Notes under the pieces: generated by a model
What the model was told of the DNA's origin: nothing
The model's database searches: none
The model's input: only the letters and a program-made list of their open reading frames with translations
Shown here: one piece after another, positions 40,834 through 51,968 of the stretch
How the letters are laid out: each line of letters opens with the position of its first letter
Numbering within the stretch: position 1 is the stretch's first letter
Translations under genes and position numbers: made by a program
Source: Spirochaetia bacterium
Lineage (GTDB): Bacteria > Spirochaetota > Spirochaetia > CADAEX01
Length of the DNA stretch: 64,000 nt
Direction: 5' to 3'
Assembly (NCBI GenBank): GCA_963662795.1
Contig: OY759746.1
Location: forward strand, 1,888,001 to 1,952,000

Positions 40834-42753
40834 ATGTTTATACCAATTGAAGAATATAATGAATTTTATGATCTCAAAGACATTTCAAGAAAAGAAATAA
40901 CGACAGACCTGATTGAGTCTATACGTACGTTTAGAGAAGAAGCTGATTTAGAAGAAATGATTTTAAATGCAATTTCTGATCCCAATAGAACACCACATGG
41001 GCCATCTGAAATAGTGGACATCATGACTTTAAATCTTTCATATAGAAAAAAAATGGGTCTTGCTGGCTTTGTTTTAAAAGGCTGTTCTTTTAAAACAGTT
41101 ACTCCTGAAAACTTATCTCACCAAGTTTATAGATTTAGGAAAATATCTGATTTGCAATTTGCTGTATTAGGACATATCGGTAATCTATTAGATCCCGCTA
41201 GAGAGGAGTTTATATCTACTGCGGAAGATTTGAGAGTTGATTATACTATAATAGATGCAAATGATTTTGCGAGAATGGCAATAGCTTATGGGATACTTTG
41301 TCCACATGATGGATTTAGAATAAAAGAAGGTAAATGTAGTTGCGGTTATCGTGTTAGTGGTGATAGTCTAAATTATTTACAAAAAGAAGCTTTAGAAAGA
41401 TTAAGAGACGTTCATGAACTTCAACAAGAATCAGGTTTAGTAATAATGCCTACTGGAAGTGGAAAAACTAGAATAGCCGCAATTGATTCAAAATCTTATG
41501 AGGCAAAACGTATTTTGTACATAGCGCATACGCATGAGATACTAGAAGGAGCAAAAAAAGAATTTGAACACATTTATGGGACTGAAAATGTATTTTTAGG
41601 TATTTCAAATCATGGAAGCGATAATTCCAATACTGTTAACTTATGCACAATCCAAAGCTTTTCAAAAAAAGAAGAAAAAGAAATACCAAAATATGATTAT
41701 GCAATATTTGATGAATTTCATCATGCTGCTGCTTCTAGTTACAAGAGCCTACTTAGTAAAATAAAACCTGAATTTCTTCTAGGCTTAACAGCAACTCCAT
41801 TCCGTGGAGATAAAGTTGATGTAATTGAGATATGTAATGGTAATGTAGTTGTCAATTTTGAATTAAGAACTGGAATTAATAATGAAATACTTGTCCCATA
41901 TCAATATCATGGATGTTTTGATTCGATTGATTATTCAGATATTAAACGAAAAGCATTAGGTTATACTATAAAAGACTTAGATAAAAAGCTTGTTATTCCT
42001 GAAAGAGATAAGGGAATAATCGATAAATGGATTAGTAAATCAAATAGACGACCAACCATTGCATTTTGTTGTAGTCGCAAACATGCTGAAAGAGTAGCTG
42101 AATCCTTCAAAAAGGCAGGTATTACTGCTGAACCATATCTCGGTGATACACCTTTTAATCAGCGATTATCAATAGCTGAGCGATTCAAAAATAGAGAAAC
42201 TGAAGTGATTTGTTCTGTTGATGTATTAAATGAAGGTGTAGATATCCCATTTGTTGAATGTTTGCTTTTCCTTCGCCCAACTGAATCTAAACGTATTTTT
42301 TTTCAGCAATTAGGTCGTGGTCTAAGAAAGTATCCAGGGAAAAAGAATGTCCTTGTACTCGATTTTATTGGTAATTTCTATAATGCATATAAAGTTGTCG
42401 AATACCTTAATTTGGAACCGGATGAAAAAATTAATTATTTTGATTCAAGAACATTTCGTACACCAAAAGAGTATTTAAATCTTCCGCTTGGTTGTAGTAT
42501 CGAGTTCGAAGATAGGGTAATAGATATTTTTGAGCAACAAATAACTGACCCACGAAATATTAATCGCCATAATATTGCACAAATATTGTTATTAACATAT
42601 GAGCGTACATCTAAGAGATTAGGGCATTATGCAAGTAAGGCTGAGATTGATAGATCTCAAATTCTACATAGTGGTTATTATTCAATCTTGTTCGGAACGT
42701 GGAAAAATTTTCAAAAACTTTATGAAAAACAAAATTATAATTCAAATAAATAA
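40834..42753 (+). CDS. SF2 DEAD/DEAH (ResIII-like) helicase with N-terminal nuclease-like domain
   Basis: MPTGSGKT, DEFHH, GLTATP, EGVDIP, QQLGRGLR; N-terminal EIVD...FVLKG. Confidence 0.85.
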   Translation: MFIPIEEYNEFYDLKDISRKEITTDLIESIRTFREEADLEEMILNAISDPNRTPHGPSEIVDIMTLNLSYRKKMGLAGFVLKGCSFKTVTPENLSHQVYRFRKISDLQFAVLGHIGNLLDPAREEFISTAEDLRVDYTIIDANDFARMAIAYGILCPHDGFRIKEGKCSCGYRVSGDSLNYLQKEALERLRDVHELQQESGLVIMPTGSGKTRIAAIDSKSYEAKRILYIAHTHEILEGAKKEFEHIYGTENVFLGISNHGSDNSNTVNLCTIQSFSKKEEKEIPKYDYAIFDEFHHAAASSYKSLLSKIKPEFLLGLTATPFRGDKVDVIEICNGNVVVNFELRTGINNEILVPYQYHGCFDSIDYSDIKRKALGYTIKDLDKKLVIPERDKGIIDKWISKSNRRPTIAFCCSRKHAERVAESFKKAGITAEPYLGDTPFNQRLSIAERFKNRETEVICSVDVLNEGVDIPFVECLLFLRPTESKRIFFQQLGRGLRKYPGKKNVLVLDFIGNFYNAYKVVEYLNLEPDEKINYFDSRTFRTPKEYLNLPLGCSIEFEDRVIDIFEQQITDPRNINRHNIAQILLLTYERTSKRLGHYASKAEIDRSQILHSGYYSILFGTWKNFQKLYEKQNYNSNK

Positions 42754-42869
42754 TTTCTAATAGATTATTAATAAGTGTAATTTGCTTAGATGGGTAATTA
42801 CTCTATATTAAAAAGAGTCCGGCCTTGGCTTCCAGCCGTGCAGCCCGGACAAGAAGTGGGGGCACTGGT

Positions 42870-43041
42870 GGATAACAGCGGTTAAAGCGCTACGCTCGGA
42901 TTACCTCGCTTGGCCTGCGGCAAACATCGTAGAGATTAAACTACAACTTTTAGAAGCAACAAGTTTTTAAATAAAGAAATTACATCTTGATATTAAATAT
43001 TCTTGGTCTACGATGCTTCGCTTAACCGCGGGACGTTATCC
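42870..43041 (+). repeat. attC-like site 22 (AGCGGTT core)
   Basis: GGATAAC...GTTATCC. Confidence 0.85.
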
Positions 43042-43159
43042 ACAATGCCCCCACAAGATGCAATCGCCCGGACCTCCGGCCGACGGGCGAGGATATGAAT
43101 AGAAATATTATAACGACTAAAACTTTTGAATAGCAATAATAAGAAAAAAGGTATAAGAA

Positions 43160-43696
43160 ATGAATTTAAAAACAAAACGCTTAATAATTTCAGATATTCA
43201 GAGTTTAGATATAAATGATGTTTATGAAATATATTCTGATAAGGAAGTATGTAAATACTTTGATTGTGAACCATTTACAAATATAAAACAGGCCGAGCAA
43301 CATATTTTAAATTGGATAGAAAAATCCAGACAGAAAAAGCAATTTAGATATTCAATACGTTATCAAGAAAAAACAATAGGAACTGTTGGCCTTTATAATA
43401 TTTATTGGCACAACAATCGTGCTAGCTTAGGATTTGATTTAAATCGAGAATATTGGGGAATGGGAATCATGTCAGAAGCAGTTAGCGAATTAATTAATTA
43501 TTGGGAAAAGGAATTTACTCTTAATCGGATAGAAGCTTTAGTAATGCCAGAAAATATAGCATCAGTGAAACTATTGTTAAAAAATGGATTTGAGTATGAA
43601 GGATTACTTAAAGAATATGAAATGTGGCCTTCAAAAGGGTATGTTGATCTTGCAATTTACAGCAAGCTATTGAAAAAATATAAAGAAACAGAATAA
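43160..43696 (+). CDS. RimJ/RimL-family GNAT acetyltransferase
   Basis: LKTKRL, YWGMGIMSEAV, PENIASVKLLLKNGFEYEG. Confidence 0.88.
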   Translation: MNLKTKRLIISDIQSLDINDVYEIYSDKEVCKYFDCEPFTNIKQAEQHILNWIEKSRQKKQFRYSIRYQEKTIGTVGLYNIYWHNNRASLGFDLNREYWGMGIMSEAVSELINYWEKEFTLNRIEALVMPENIASVKLLLKNGFEYEGLLKEYEMWPSKGYVDLAIYSKLLKKYKETE

Positions 43697-43806
43697 TTTG
43701 AATTAAAATATTGTGAATACGGATAGAGTGTTATAATAATAAAAGAAAATAAGAAGTCCAGCCTTGGCTCCGCCGTGCAGCCTGGACAAGAAGTGGGGGC
43801 ACTGGT

Positions 43807-43997
43807 GGATAACAGCGATTATTTCGCTGCGCTCCCGATGGTCGCTTGGGCTCCTGCCAGTTGAGCTGGCAGGAGCCATATTTTGTTTTCATAAAACTGG
43901 AACAACATGTATTTTATGCTTTTTAAAGTTTAAAAAACTAAATAAAAGTATTCTAGAGTTTAGCCACAAAACATCGAATAATCGCGAGACGTTATCC
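43807..43997 (+). repeat. attC-like site 23 (AGCGATTATT core)
   Basis: GGATAAC...GTTATCC. Confidence 0.85.
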
Positions 43998-44106
43998 ACA
44001 ATGCCCCCACAAGAAGCGATCGCCCGGACCTCCGGCCGACGGGCGAGAGAATCCAGAATAATGAATATGTTTAAAGAAAGCTGATGATATATAATGTAAA
44101 TAGTAA

Positions 44107-44760
44107 ATGGAGAATGATATGGGAATTGTTTATATTTTAACTAATGATGCAATGCCAGGAATAATCAAAATAGGAATAACTGATGGAACTGTTGAAGATA
44201 GAATAAAAAATCTTGACAATACTTCTTTGCCATTACCATATAGGTTTTATTTTGCTATTAAAAGTAGTAGATACAAGGATATTGAAAAATTAGCGCATAA
44301 TGCTTTTTCTGAATATAGGGTAAGAGAAAATAGGGAATTTTTCCGAATTGATCCGGAACGTGCAGTCTCAGCATTAAGGATATCTGGAGAGAATGAAATA
44401 AAATTAAAGAATGAAATGATAGATGAAAGTGGAAGTGTTGTAGAGAATAAAATCGAAGAAACAAAGTCATATAAAAAACGATTTTCTTTTGATAATGTAG
44501 GTATTCCTATCGGGGCAGAATTGGCATTTACTCGAGATGAGAGTAAAAAATGTATTGTAATATCAAATAGCGAAGTTGAATATAATAATCAATCTTATTC
44601 ATTATCAAAATTAGCAGATATATTTCTTACTGAAATGGGTTATAATTGGAAATCAGTACAAGGACCTGCATATTTTGAATATAATGGGAAAACACTTTAT
44701 GAACTTAAAAAAGAAATGGAAGAAGAAGTCTTAGAGATAGAGGAAGAAGAATCCAAATAG
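44107..44760 (+). CDS. T5orf172/GIY-YIG nuclease with RAMA-like C-terminal domain
   Basis: GIVYILTNDAMPGIIKIG, NREFF; SLSKLA...QGPAYFEYNGKTL. Confidence 0.8.
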   Translation: MENDMGIVYILTNDAMPGIIKIGITDGTVEDRIKNLDNTSLPLPYRFYFAIKSSRYKDIEKLAHNAFSEYRVRENREFFRIDPERAVSALRISGENEIKLKNEMIDESGSVVENKIEETKSYKKRFSFDNVGIPIGAELAFTRDESKKCIVISNSEVEYNNQSYSLSKLADIFLTEMGYNWKSVQGPAYFEYNGKTLYELKKEMEEEVLEIEEEESK

Positions 44761-44853
44761 CAAATGTTCAATTGTTTAATCCATTAATTTTTGAAAAAGC
44801 TAGTCCGGCCTTGGCTCCGCCGTACGGCCTGGACAAGAAGTGGGGGCACTGTT

Positions 44854-45044
44854 GGATAACAGCGATTATTTCGCTGCGCTCCCGATGGTCGCTTGGGCTC
44901 CTGCCAGTTGAACTGGCAGATCGCCATATTTTGTTTTCATAAAACCTTAACGACATGTGTTTTATGCTTTTCAAGTTTGAAAAACCAAATAAATGTATTT
45001 TAGAGTTTAGCCACAAAACATCGAATAATCGCGGGACGTTATCC
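44854..45044 (+). repeat. attC-like site 24 (AGCGATTATT core)
   Basis: GGATAAC...GTTATCC. Confidence 0.85.
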
Positions 45045-45169
45045 ACAATGCCCCCACAAGAGGAAATCGCCCGGACCTCCGGCCGACGGGCGAGGATGTA
45101 GTGCAATATGAAAAATGTACAGTATAATAATATATGTTAGGCGCAAATCATGTATCATGGAATACAATT

Positions 45170-46489
45170 TTAATGAAAAACAATACCATCTTTTTCTGAC
45201 AGTTTGAGGAGAATCACAGTGATGATTAGCCCAATGACTTCTGCAATTCCTACAGTAAACCAAATAATTGAATCTCCAAATAATACTGGTAATAGAGTGA
45301 TTGAAATAGGGGTTAGAACTAGAGATCTAATACAAACTGATATAACAGCATATTTTGTTCGTTTTGTGGAATAGAGATAAGTTGAAATCATCAAATTTAA
45401 TGAAAGAACAATATAAGCCCAGCTAAATTTGGGTAGTGCTTCAATTGTAATTTGAAGAAGGAAGTTGTCAGAATTAAAAAGTGGGATAATTTTGCTTTTA
45501 AAAGTTACCAACAATAGAAAAACTATTGCTGCACTTAGAAAGTTGATCAACATACCAGAATGGAAATAAAATTTGAGATCTTTTTCATTTTTACGACCAT
45601 AGCTTTGTCCGATTAATGGCTGCAACCCTTCAGATATTCCAAAGAAGATACCTATTGAAAATGATGTCAAAAAGGAAATAATTGAAAAAGCTGAAACAGC
45701 ATTATCACTAAGCGTTTTTATCAATATGTAATTCATACACAAAATTAACACTGGCATTCCAAATTGTGAGATCATTTCTGGCAACCCACGCATTAATACT
45801 TTTTTAAAGAGTAAAATTGATACAGAGAATCTTTTGATTCTCAAATTTCCCCGATTTAGGGCAAAATGGCTTAACAGAATTACAAGAGTACCAATTTGTC
45901 CCACCCCTGATGCAATAGCCGCTCCTTTGACTCCCATTTGCAAAGGAAATATGAATAGCCAATCTAGGGCAATATTCATTATGGTACCAATAATGACAGC
46001 AATGCTGACTAGTATCGGAGCGCCGTCATTCCGCACGAATCCTTGAAGGATTATAGAAATAATTGCTGGAAGGAAGAAAGCGCTGACAAAGAAAATGTAT
46101 TCGGATGTCATATCATGGAAAGTTTCGTTAGCGGCACTTAACGTTGCGATTTGATTGGAAAAGACCATACCCAGAATCATGATGATAACTGATATCATAA
46201 ATGATGCTGAAGTAGCGTGCATGAAAGCACTATTTGCCCCTTCAACATCGTTACGCCCAAGTCGTATTGCTGTAATGGTGATGCCGCCGATAGTCAACAG
46301 TATAGCAATGGCATTTGCCATAAGAGTGTATGGTAGTGCTAGGTTGACTGCACCTAAAGCAACGGCTCCAACACCGCGTCCAACAAAGATGCCGTCAACA
46401 ATGATATAAAGGAAAACAGAGCATGAACCAGCGACTGTAGGGATAATGTAACGGAACATGTTTCGAGTTCTAACGTTAATTTTCTTCAT
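45170..46489 (-). CDS. MATE-family efflux transporter
   Basis: IVDGIFVGRGVG, RNDGAP, NIALDWLFIF..GVKGAAIAS, GLQPLIG.SYG. Confidence 0.9.
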   Translation of the reverse strand: MKKINVRTRNMFRYIIPTVAGSCSVFLYIIVDGIFVGRGVGAVALGAVNLALPYTLMANAIAILLTIGGITITAIRLGRNDVEGANSAFMHATSASFMISVIIMILGMVFSNQIATLSAANETFHDMTSEYIFFVSAFFLPAIISIILQGFVRNDGAPILVSIAVIIGTIMNIALDWLFIFPLQMGVKGAAIASGVGQIGTLVILLSHFALNRGNLRIKRFSVSILLFKKVLMRGLPEMISQFGMPVLILCMNYILIKTLSDNAVSAFSIISFLTSFSIGIFFGISEGLQPLIGQSYGRKNEKDLKFYFHSGMLINFLSAAIVFLLLVTFKSKIIPLFNSDNFLLQITIEALPKFSWAYIVLSLNLMISTYLYSTKRTKYAVISVCIRSLVLTPISITLLPVLFGDSIIWFTVGIAEVIGLIITVILLKLSEKDGIVFH

Positions 46490-46491
46490 TT

Positions 46492-46947
46492 TTATTCTGC
46501 CTTACAAAGGATGGTTCTTGATTTTTCACGAAATATTTTCAAAAAATTCCGAAGAGATTGCAGCATTGCAATTCGATCTGCATCGCTCATTTCCATTAAA
46601 GTAGATTCTTCCAGTTGAAATATGATATCAAAGATTTTACTGGCAAAGATGCGACCGGATTCGGTCAATACGATTCTTTTACTCCGGTGGTCGCTTGTAG
46701 ATATCTCCAAAAAAATAAGTCTTTTCTTTATGAGTTCTTGCAGTGCGCTATTTACAGTTTGCTTGCTCATGGACCATTGGTCACATATATTTTTCTGACT
46801 GCAATAATCATCAGATTCATAGAGTGCATATAACACCCAATAACTACTGTCCGAGAGATTGCTTTGGCTTGCTAACTTTCTGTATATTGCGTCAGTCTCT
46901 TTCCAGAGAGAATTAAATTCATAAAGCTGGTCATGTAGTGTAGCCAT
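46492..46947 (-). CDS. MarR-family transcriptional regulator
   Basis: SQKNIC...SKQTVNSAL, DHRSKRIVLTESG. Confidence 0.88.
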   Translation of the reverse strand: MATLHDQLYEFNSLWKETDAIYRKLASQSNLSDSSYWVLYALYESDDYCSQKNICDQWSMSKQTVNSALQELIKKRLIFLEISTSDHRSKRIVLTESGRIFASKIFDIIFQLEESTLMEMSDADRIAMLQSLRNFLKIFREKSRTILCKAE

Positions 46948-46983
46948 ATATCCTCTTTGCCAATAATAGTCCGAAATAAGACC

Positions 46984-47012
46984 AATATAAAGACTTTTAT
47001 TTAACTAGTCAA
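46984..47012 (-). promoter_or_regulatory. Putative sigma70 promoter of marR-MATE
   Basis: Minus strand TTGACT-17bp-TATATT. Confidence 0.6.
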
Positions 47013-47094
47013 TAGGCAAATAAAAGAGAATAAAGAAAGTAAGTCCGGCCTTGGCTTCCCGCCGTGCGGCCTGGACAAGAAGTGGGGCACTGGT

Positions 47095-47266
47095 GGATAA
47101 CAGAGGATAAGGCGCTTCGCTCGGAATACCTCGCTTGGCCTGCGGCAAACATCGTAGATTTTGAACTACAATTGCTATAATTAACAATTTTTTGAAGAAA
47201 AATATTGCAACTTTGGAATATTCATTCTTGGGCTACGATGCGTCGCTTATCCTCGGGACGTTATCC
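47095..47266 (+). repeat. attC-like site 25 (AGAGGATAA core)
   Basis: GGATAAC...GTTATCC. Confidence 0.85.
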
Positions 47267-47357
47267 ACAATGCCCCCACAAGAGGACACCGCCCGGACCT
47301 CCGGCCGACGGGCGAAGATATTTAACCATTTTAAAAACACATAAAAAGGAGTTGTAA

Positions 47358-48398
47358 ATGACATATTCACAATATGTTGATATTTTTGAAGATGAGGTTA
47401 ATAAAATATTTTTATTATGGGAAAGCTCAGAGCTAAATGGATTTACAAAAGAAATGTTGTCTTATAAAGAAAATTTTTATAAAGCAATTAATTCACAATT
47501 ATTAGATTTAAATCAGATAAAAAGTGTTCAATTGCAATACATCAATTCAATAAAAAGTAAAATAATAAAAAGTGATATAGGAAATATTTTTGTCGATTTA
47601 AAAAATATAAAAGAGCAACTAATTGGACTAGAGAAATCAGTAATTTATCTAAGATTAAAAATTGATATAACAAAAGAGATAATAGATAAAATATGGAATT
47701 TGATGAATACGATTTTTAAAAAACGGGAAGACATTCAAGTAATTAATAATTTAATATTGATTCTTGAAGATTTTAATAAAAATATAAATAAAATGTTAGA
47801 GGCAAAGAATACATTGAAAAATATTTATAATTTAGTATACACTAAAAATAATACTAATAATAGAATCAGAATAGATTTTTATGACGATAATAATGATTTT
47901 AAGATTTTTTTGCAAAAAATAAATGCTATTAATCAAATCTATGAAGAAATTAAAATACTTTTTAAATTTAATAAACCCGAAGATGTTTTACGTATTAATA
48001 GAATAGAAACTGGATCGGAATCATTTGATTTATTTGGTAATAAATATATATTGGAATTTATTAGATGGTTTATAGAAAAAGTAACTGAATATCTCTTTAA
48101 AAATTTTACAGTAAATGGAAAAATGTCAAAGATATCTTCAAATATAGATATATTGGATAAAGAATTTGGTCTTTTAAAAAAAATAGAGGAATTTAATCGT
48201 GAGTTACAAGAATCAGAAAAAATCGATATTAGTAAAAGTAAAGAAGAGATATCTAAAACATTTGCTTTAGTAACTAAGCAAACATATGTTCTTATATCAA
48301 AAGAAACTAAAATAAAAATAGATAATAAAATGATTTCACTAAATGAAAGCATTAGAGATAAATATATTGAAGAAGCTGAGAAACTATATCTTCTGTGA
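47358..48398 (+). CDS. Hypothetical protein
   Basis: Cassette-filling ORF with AGGAG RBS; helical, RIETGS motif. Confidence 0.7.
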   Translation: MTYSQYVDIFEDEVNKIFLLWESSELNGFTKEMLSYKENFYKAINSQLLDLNQIKSVQLQYINSIKSKIIKSDIGNIFVDLKNIKEQLIGLEKSVIYLRLKIDITKEIIDKIWNLMNTIFKKREDIQVINNLILILEDFNKNINKMLEAKNTLKNIYNLVYTKNNTNNRIRIDFYDDNNDFKIFLQKINAINQIYEEIKILFKFNKPEDVLRINRIETGSESFDLFGNKYILEFIRWFIEKVTEYLFKNFTVNGKMSKISSNIDILDKEFGLLKKIEEFNRELQESEKIDISKSKEEISKTFALVTKQTYVLISKETKIKIDNKMISLNESIRDKYIEEAEKLYLL

Positions 48399-48456
48399 AA
48401 CTAAAGTCCGGCCTTGGCTCCGCCGTACGGCCTGGACAAGAAGTGGGGGCACTGGT

Positions 48457-48628
48457 GGATAACAGAGGATAAAGCGCTTCGCTCGGAGTACCTCGCTTGG
48501 CCTAGTGGCATATTTTGCATTCTTATATACAACACAATTATCAATATTTTGCTTACAATTTCGATAAAAACAAACAATTGAATCAATTAGTATTTTGCAA
48601 AACATCGCTTATCCTTGGAACGTTATCC
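48457..48628 (+). repeat. attC-like site 26 (AGAGGATAA core)
   Basis: GGATAAC...GTTATCC. Confidence 0.85.
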
Positions 48629-48741
48629 ACAATGCCCCCACAAGATGCGATCGCCCGGACCTCCGGTCGACGGGCGAAAGATTATGAACAAGAACTATTT
48701 TATTAAAAATTGCATGAACATAATATTAACAAGGAGAGAAT

Positions 48742-49497
48742 ATGGGAGAAGTAAATGAATCTGTTTATTTACCACTTGATAAAGCAATTAACTATCTTGA
48801 AGAAAACAAGCTATATGAAATAATAAATAAAGTAAATGAAATACAAAAAAAGCATCAAGGTACAAGACAAAGCAGGAATATCAGAAAAGGAATTATTGTT
48901 GATGAATTAGAAAAAATTGGAAAGTTTAAAGATTTCTGCGAACTCTATTGGAAAAATGGTTTCTCAGAAACAGGAATAAGAGCCATAAGAAAATATAAAA
49001 GTCATCTTAGTTTTCTTGGAGAATTAAATGAAATAGATGAAGAAAATACTGAAGGTTCTTATGATCAAAAATATAAAGAAAATATCTCGTATGAAGAATC
49101 AAGTTTTGCTTATGAAGATGATCTAAGAGATTATTTAGCTAATAATTTAAATATAATTGAATCAGGATTAACACTTTTTATTGACGAAAAAGGAATTGAA
49201 GGAGTTGAATACTCTGTTGATGACAATAATAAAAGAATAGACATTTTAGCATTAGATAAAAATAAAAAACCTGTAGTAATTGAATTAAAAGTAAGCAAAG
49301 GATATGAGAGAGTAATTGGGCAATGCCAGTATTATAAAAATAGAATAAAAAAAATATTAAAAGTCGAAGAAGTAAGAGTAATAATTATTGCACGTGAAAT
49401 TACTCAACACCTACAAACTGCTGCAATTGATTTGCCAAGTATAGAGTTATTTGAATATGAGTTGAATATAAAATTGAATAAAATCAATCCAGAATAA
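48742..49497 (+). CDS. NucS/EndoMS-like PD-(D/E)xK endonuclease domain protein
   Basis: EDDLRDYL, RIDILALD, VVIELKV, VIGQ..YY. Confidence 0.8.
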   Translation: MGEVNESVYLPLDKAINYLEENKLYEIINKVNEIQKKHQGTRQSRNIRKGIIVDELEKIGKFKDFCELYWKNGFSETGIRAIRKYKSHLSFLGELNEIDEENTEGSYDQKYKENISYEESSFAYEDDLRDYLANNLNIIESGLTLFIDEKGIEGVEYSVDDNNKRIDILALDKNKKPVVIELKVSKGYERVIGQCQYYKNRIKKILKVEEVRVIIIAREITQHLQTAAIDLPSIELFEYELNIKLNKINPE

Positions 49498-49591
49498 TAC
49501 TTTTATGGTAATATTTTAGAATAATAATTGTAAATAATAAGTCCAGCCTTGGCTCCGCCGTGCGGCCTGGACAAGAAGTGGGGGCACTGGT

Positions 49592-49761
49592 GGATAACAG
49601 AGGATAAAGCGCTGCGCTCGGAGTACCTCGCTTGGCCTGCGGCACACATCGTAGGATTTGAACTTTAACATCTAGAAACAACCACTTTTTAAAGAATAAT
49701 AAAACAGCTTTGAATATCAATGTTATCTTACGATGCGTCGCTTATCCTCGGGACGTTATCC
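49592..49761 (+). repeat. attC-like site 27 (AGAGGATAA core)
   Basis: GGATAAC...GTTATCC. Confidence 0.85.
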
Positions 49762-49846
49762 ACAATGCCCCCACAAGAGAAATCGCCCGGACCTCCGGCC
49801 GACGGGCGAGAGATAGAAAAATTAAATTATATTTTCTGAGGTTTAA

Positions 49847-51181
49847 ATGATTGAAATAGAAGAGAAAGAAGCTTTTGATCAAACAATAAATAAACTATAT
49901 TACCTGACATGTAAATATGGTATTAATAGAGTACGCCCAATTATTAAAAATAAATATTTTTTCAACCTTTTTTTGCGACAAGTTCATACAGGTTGGGAGA
50001 AAGCACAAAATATAATATTTGAAAAAATAATTACAAATGAACAAAATATCTCAGAATTGAAAATTGAATTAAAAGATGCAAAGGCCTGCAAAAATAAGAA
50101 TAACATTAATAAAATCAATGAGAATATCTCAAAGCTCAAATATCGTAAGTTGAAATTACAAATGGTAATAAACACAATTGCTTGGATAATTTTTAAATTT
50201 GATCATCATATTGTTAGAAGATTTTTTATAAACAATAGAATTGATAATATTAGTAAACAAGCATTAATTAAATGTAAAGATTTTGTAAATGAAATTAACA
50301 AAAACAAAATTAACTTTGCTATATATACCGATTTAACAACATTTATTCATGTTGGTGATGTATTATATATTGATAATGACTTACATAGAATAAATATTGT
50401 CGAAATAAAAGAAGGTAAAATAAATAGTATATGTCGAGAAATACTTGATTACCATTCTCATAATAATTTGTGTTTTAAAAAAATTGTAGAAAATCTCCCT
50501 AATGAAATTGGAAAACAATTATACAGAATGGCTAAACAAGATTGGAGAGCTGAAAAAGTTGTTGAGGCAATAAAAAATGAAGAAGGAATAGATATTTCTA
50601 CAAACTGTAAATTGAAAATATCAGAAAAAAGATATTATATTAATACTTACGAAGAAATTATCATTAAACTTTATAAAAAAAACAAATGGAAAAAATGGGC
50701 AATAGATATAATTGATGATTGCTTATTTATAGGTTTGTATTCTGATTATAGAATGGCAAGTACATTTGATTTTTGGGTTCAACAATACGATAAATATTCT
50801 ATTATTATTGATTATCGTACTGTTTATTCTGTTAATTTGGCAAGACCTCCTTTTTCATTGCAATTACCTGAAAATATTTTAAAAGATTTAGTTAATGAAA
50901 AAATAATTTTGAAAATGAGTCTATGGATTCCTAAATGGATTGAGATAATTAATTCAAAGTATAATTATAAGATAGAACTGGAAACAAAAAAAGAAACACG
51001 AAGATTATTGAATAAATCAAAGGACATTTTATTGTATAATGGACAAGCTTTAAAAATTATAAAAAATGAAAAAATTGGATATATGGGTTTTGGATTTATT
51101 TCTAAAATATTTTACGATTTTTATAAACCACTCGATTATGGAAAAGTATTTGATGATGAAACATATATACAAGTAGAGTAA
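49847..51181 (+). CDS. Hypothetical protein with possible PD-(D/E)xK motif
   Basis: DLTTFIHVGDVL...IVEIKEG. Confidence 0.6.
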   Translation: MIEIEEKEAFDQTINKLYYLTCKYGINRVRPIIKNKYFFNLFLRQVHTGWEKAQNIIFEKIITNEQNISELKIELKDAKACKNKNNINKINENISKLKYRKLKLQMVINTIAWIIFKFDHHIVRRFFINNRIDNISKQALIKCKDFVNEINKNKINFAIYTDLTTFIHVGDVLYIDNDLHRINIVEIKEGKINSICREILDYHSHNNLCFKKIVENLPNEIGKQLYRMAKQDWRAEKVVEAIKNEEGIDISTNCKLKISEKRYYINTYEEIIIKLYKKNKWKKWAIDIIDDCLFIGLYSDYRMASTFDFWVQQYDKYSIIIDYRTVYSVNLARPPFSLQLPENILKDLVNEKIILKMSLWIPKWIEIINSKYNYKIELETKKETRRLLNKSKDILLYNGQALKIIKNEKIGYMGFGFISKIFYDFYKPLDYGKVFDDETYIQVE

Positions 51182-51251
51182 TTACCAAACAATGTAAAAA
51201 GTCCGGCCTTGGCTCCGCCGTGCAGCCTGGACAAGAAGTGGGGGCACTGGT

Positions 51252-51422
51252 GGATAACAGCGGGTAAGAAGCTGCGCTCGGAGTACCTCGCTTGGGCTTC
51301 GCCATATTTTGCTATCATTAAACCAAAGATGTTATTGTTTTATTCTTTTCGAGATTAATATTCCAGACTTTAGTGTTTTGAAACTTTCTCGCAAAACATC
51401 TTTTACCCGCGGAACATTATCC
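51252..51422 (+). repeat. attC-like site 28 (AGCGGGTAA core), R' mutated GTT>ATT
   Basis: GGATAAC...GGAAC-ATTATCC. Confidence 0.8.
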
Positions 51423-51520
51423 ACAATGCCCCCACAAGAGGAAATCGCCCGGACCTCCGGCCGACGGGCGAGGAAATATTATCAAACATTAAGAGATATA
51501 AAATAAAAGGAATAAAAATA

Positions 51521-51917
51521 ATGATTAAGACTATTATTATTTAATTACAGGATTACTTTCTATTCTTTTTTCAATTACACATTCTTGGAATGGACAAGCT
51601 ATAGTTCTGCCAACTCTTGATATTGAAACAATGAGCGTAAATATAAAAACAGTATTCTTTTATGTATGCATATTATTTCAGCAGAAAACATGCTTTTTGG
51701 CTTTTCATTTATAATTATGTCATTTTACAAAGATTTGGAAAAAGTTAGGGTTACAGCATTTATTATAACGGTTTTAATGATTTTACGGCGGATTGTTATT
51801 TTCTATGGGACATTATTATATAATCCTTCTGGATTAAAAAATATATTAGTTGATTCAATAGCAATTGTAATTTATATTGCCATTATTATTTTAGGAACAC
51901 GGGTAAAGAATAAGTAA
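51521..51917 (+). pseudogene. Frameshifted paralogue of the 13653-14063 membrane protein
   Basis: Collinear with 13656-14063 from ATGATTAAG; two single-base deletions near 51530 and 51668 (could be sequencing errors). Confidence 0.65.
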
Positions 51918-51968
51918 ATATTAAAAATATTGATACACATACGTATATAATAGATAAAGGAGATCGAA

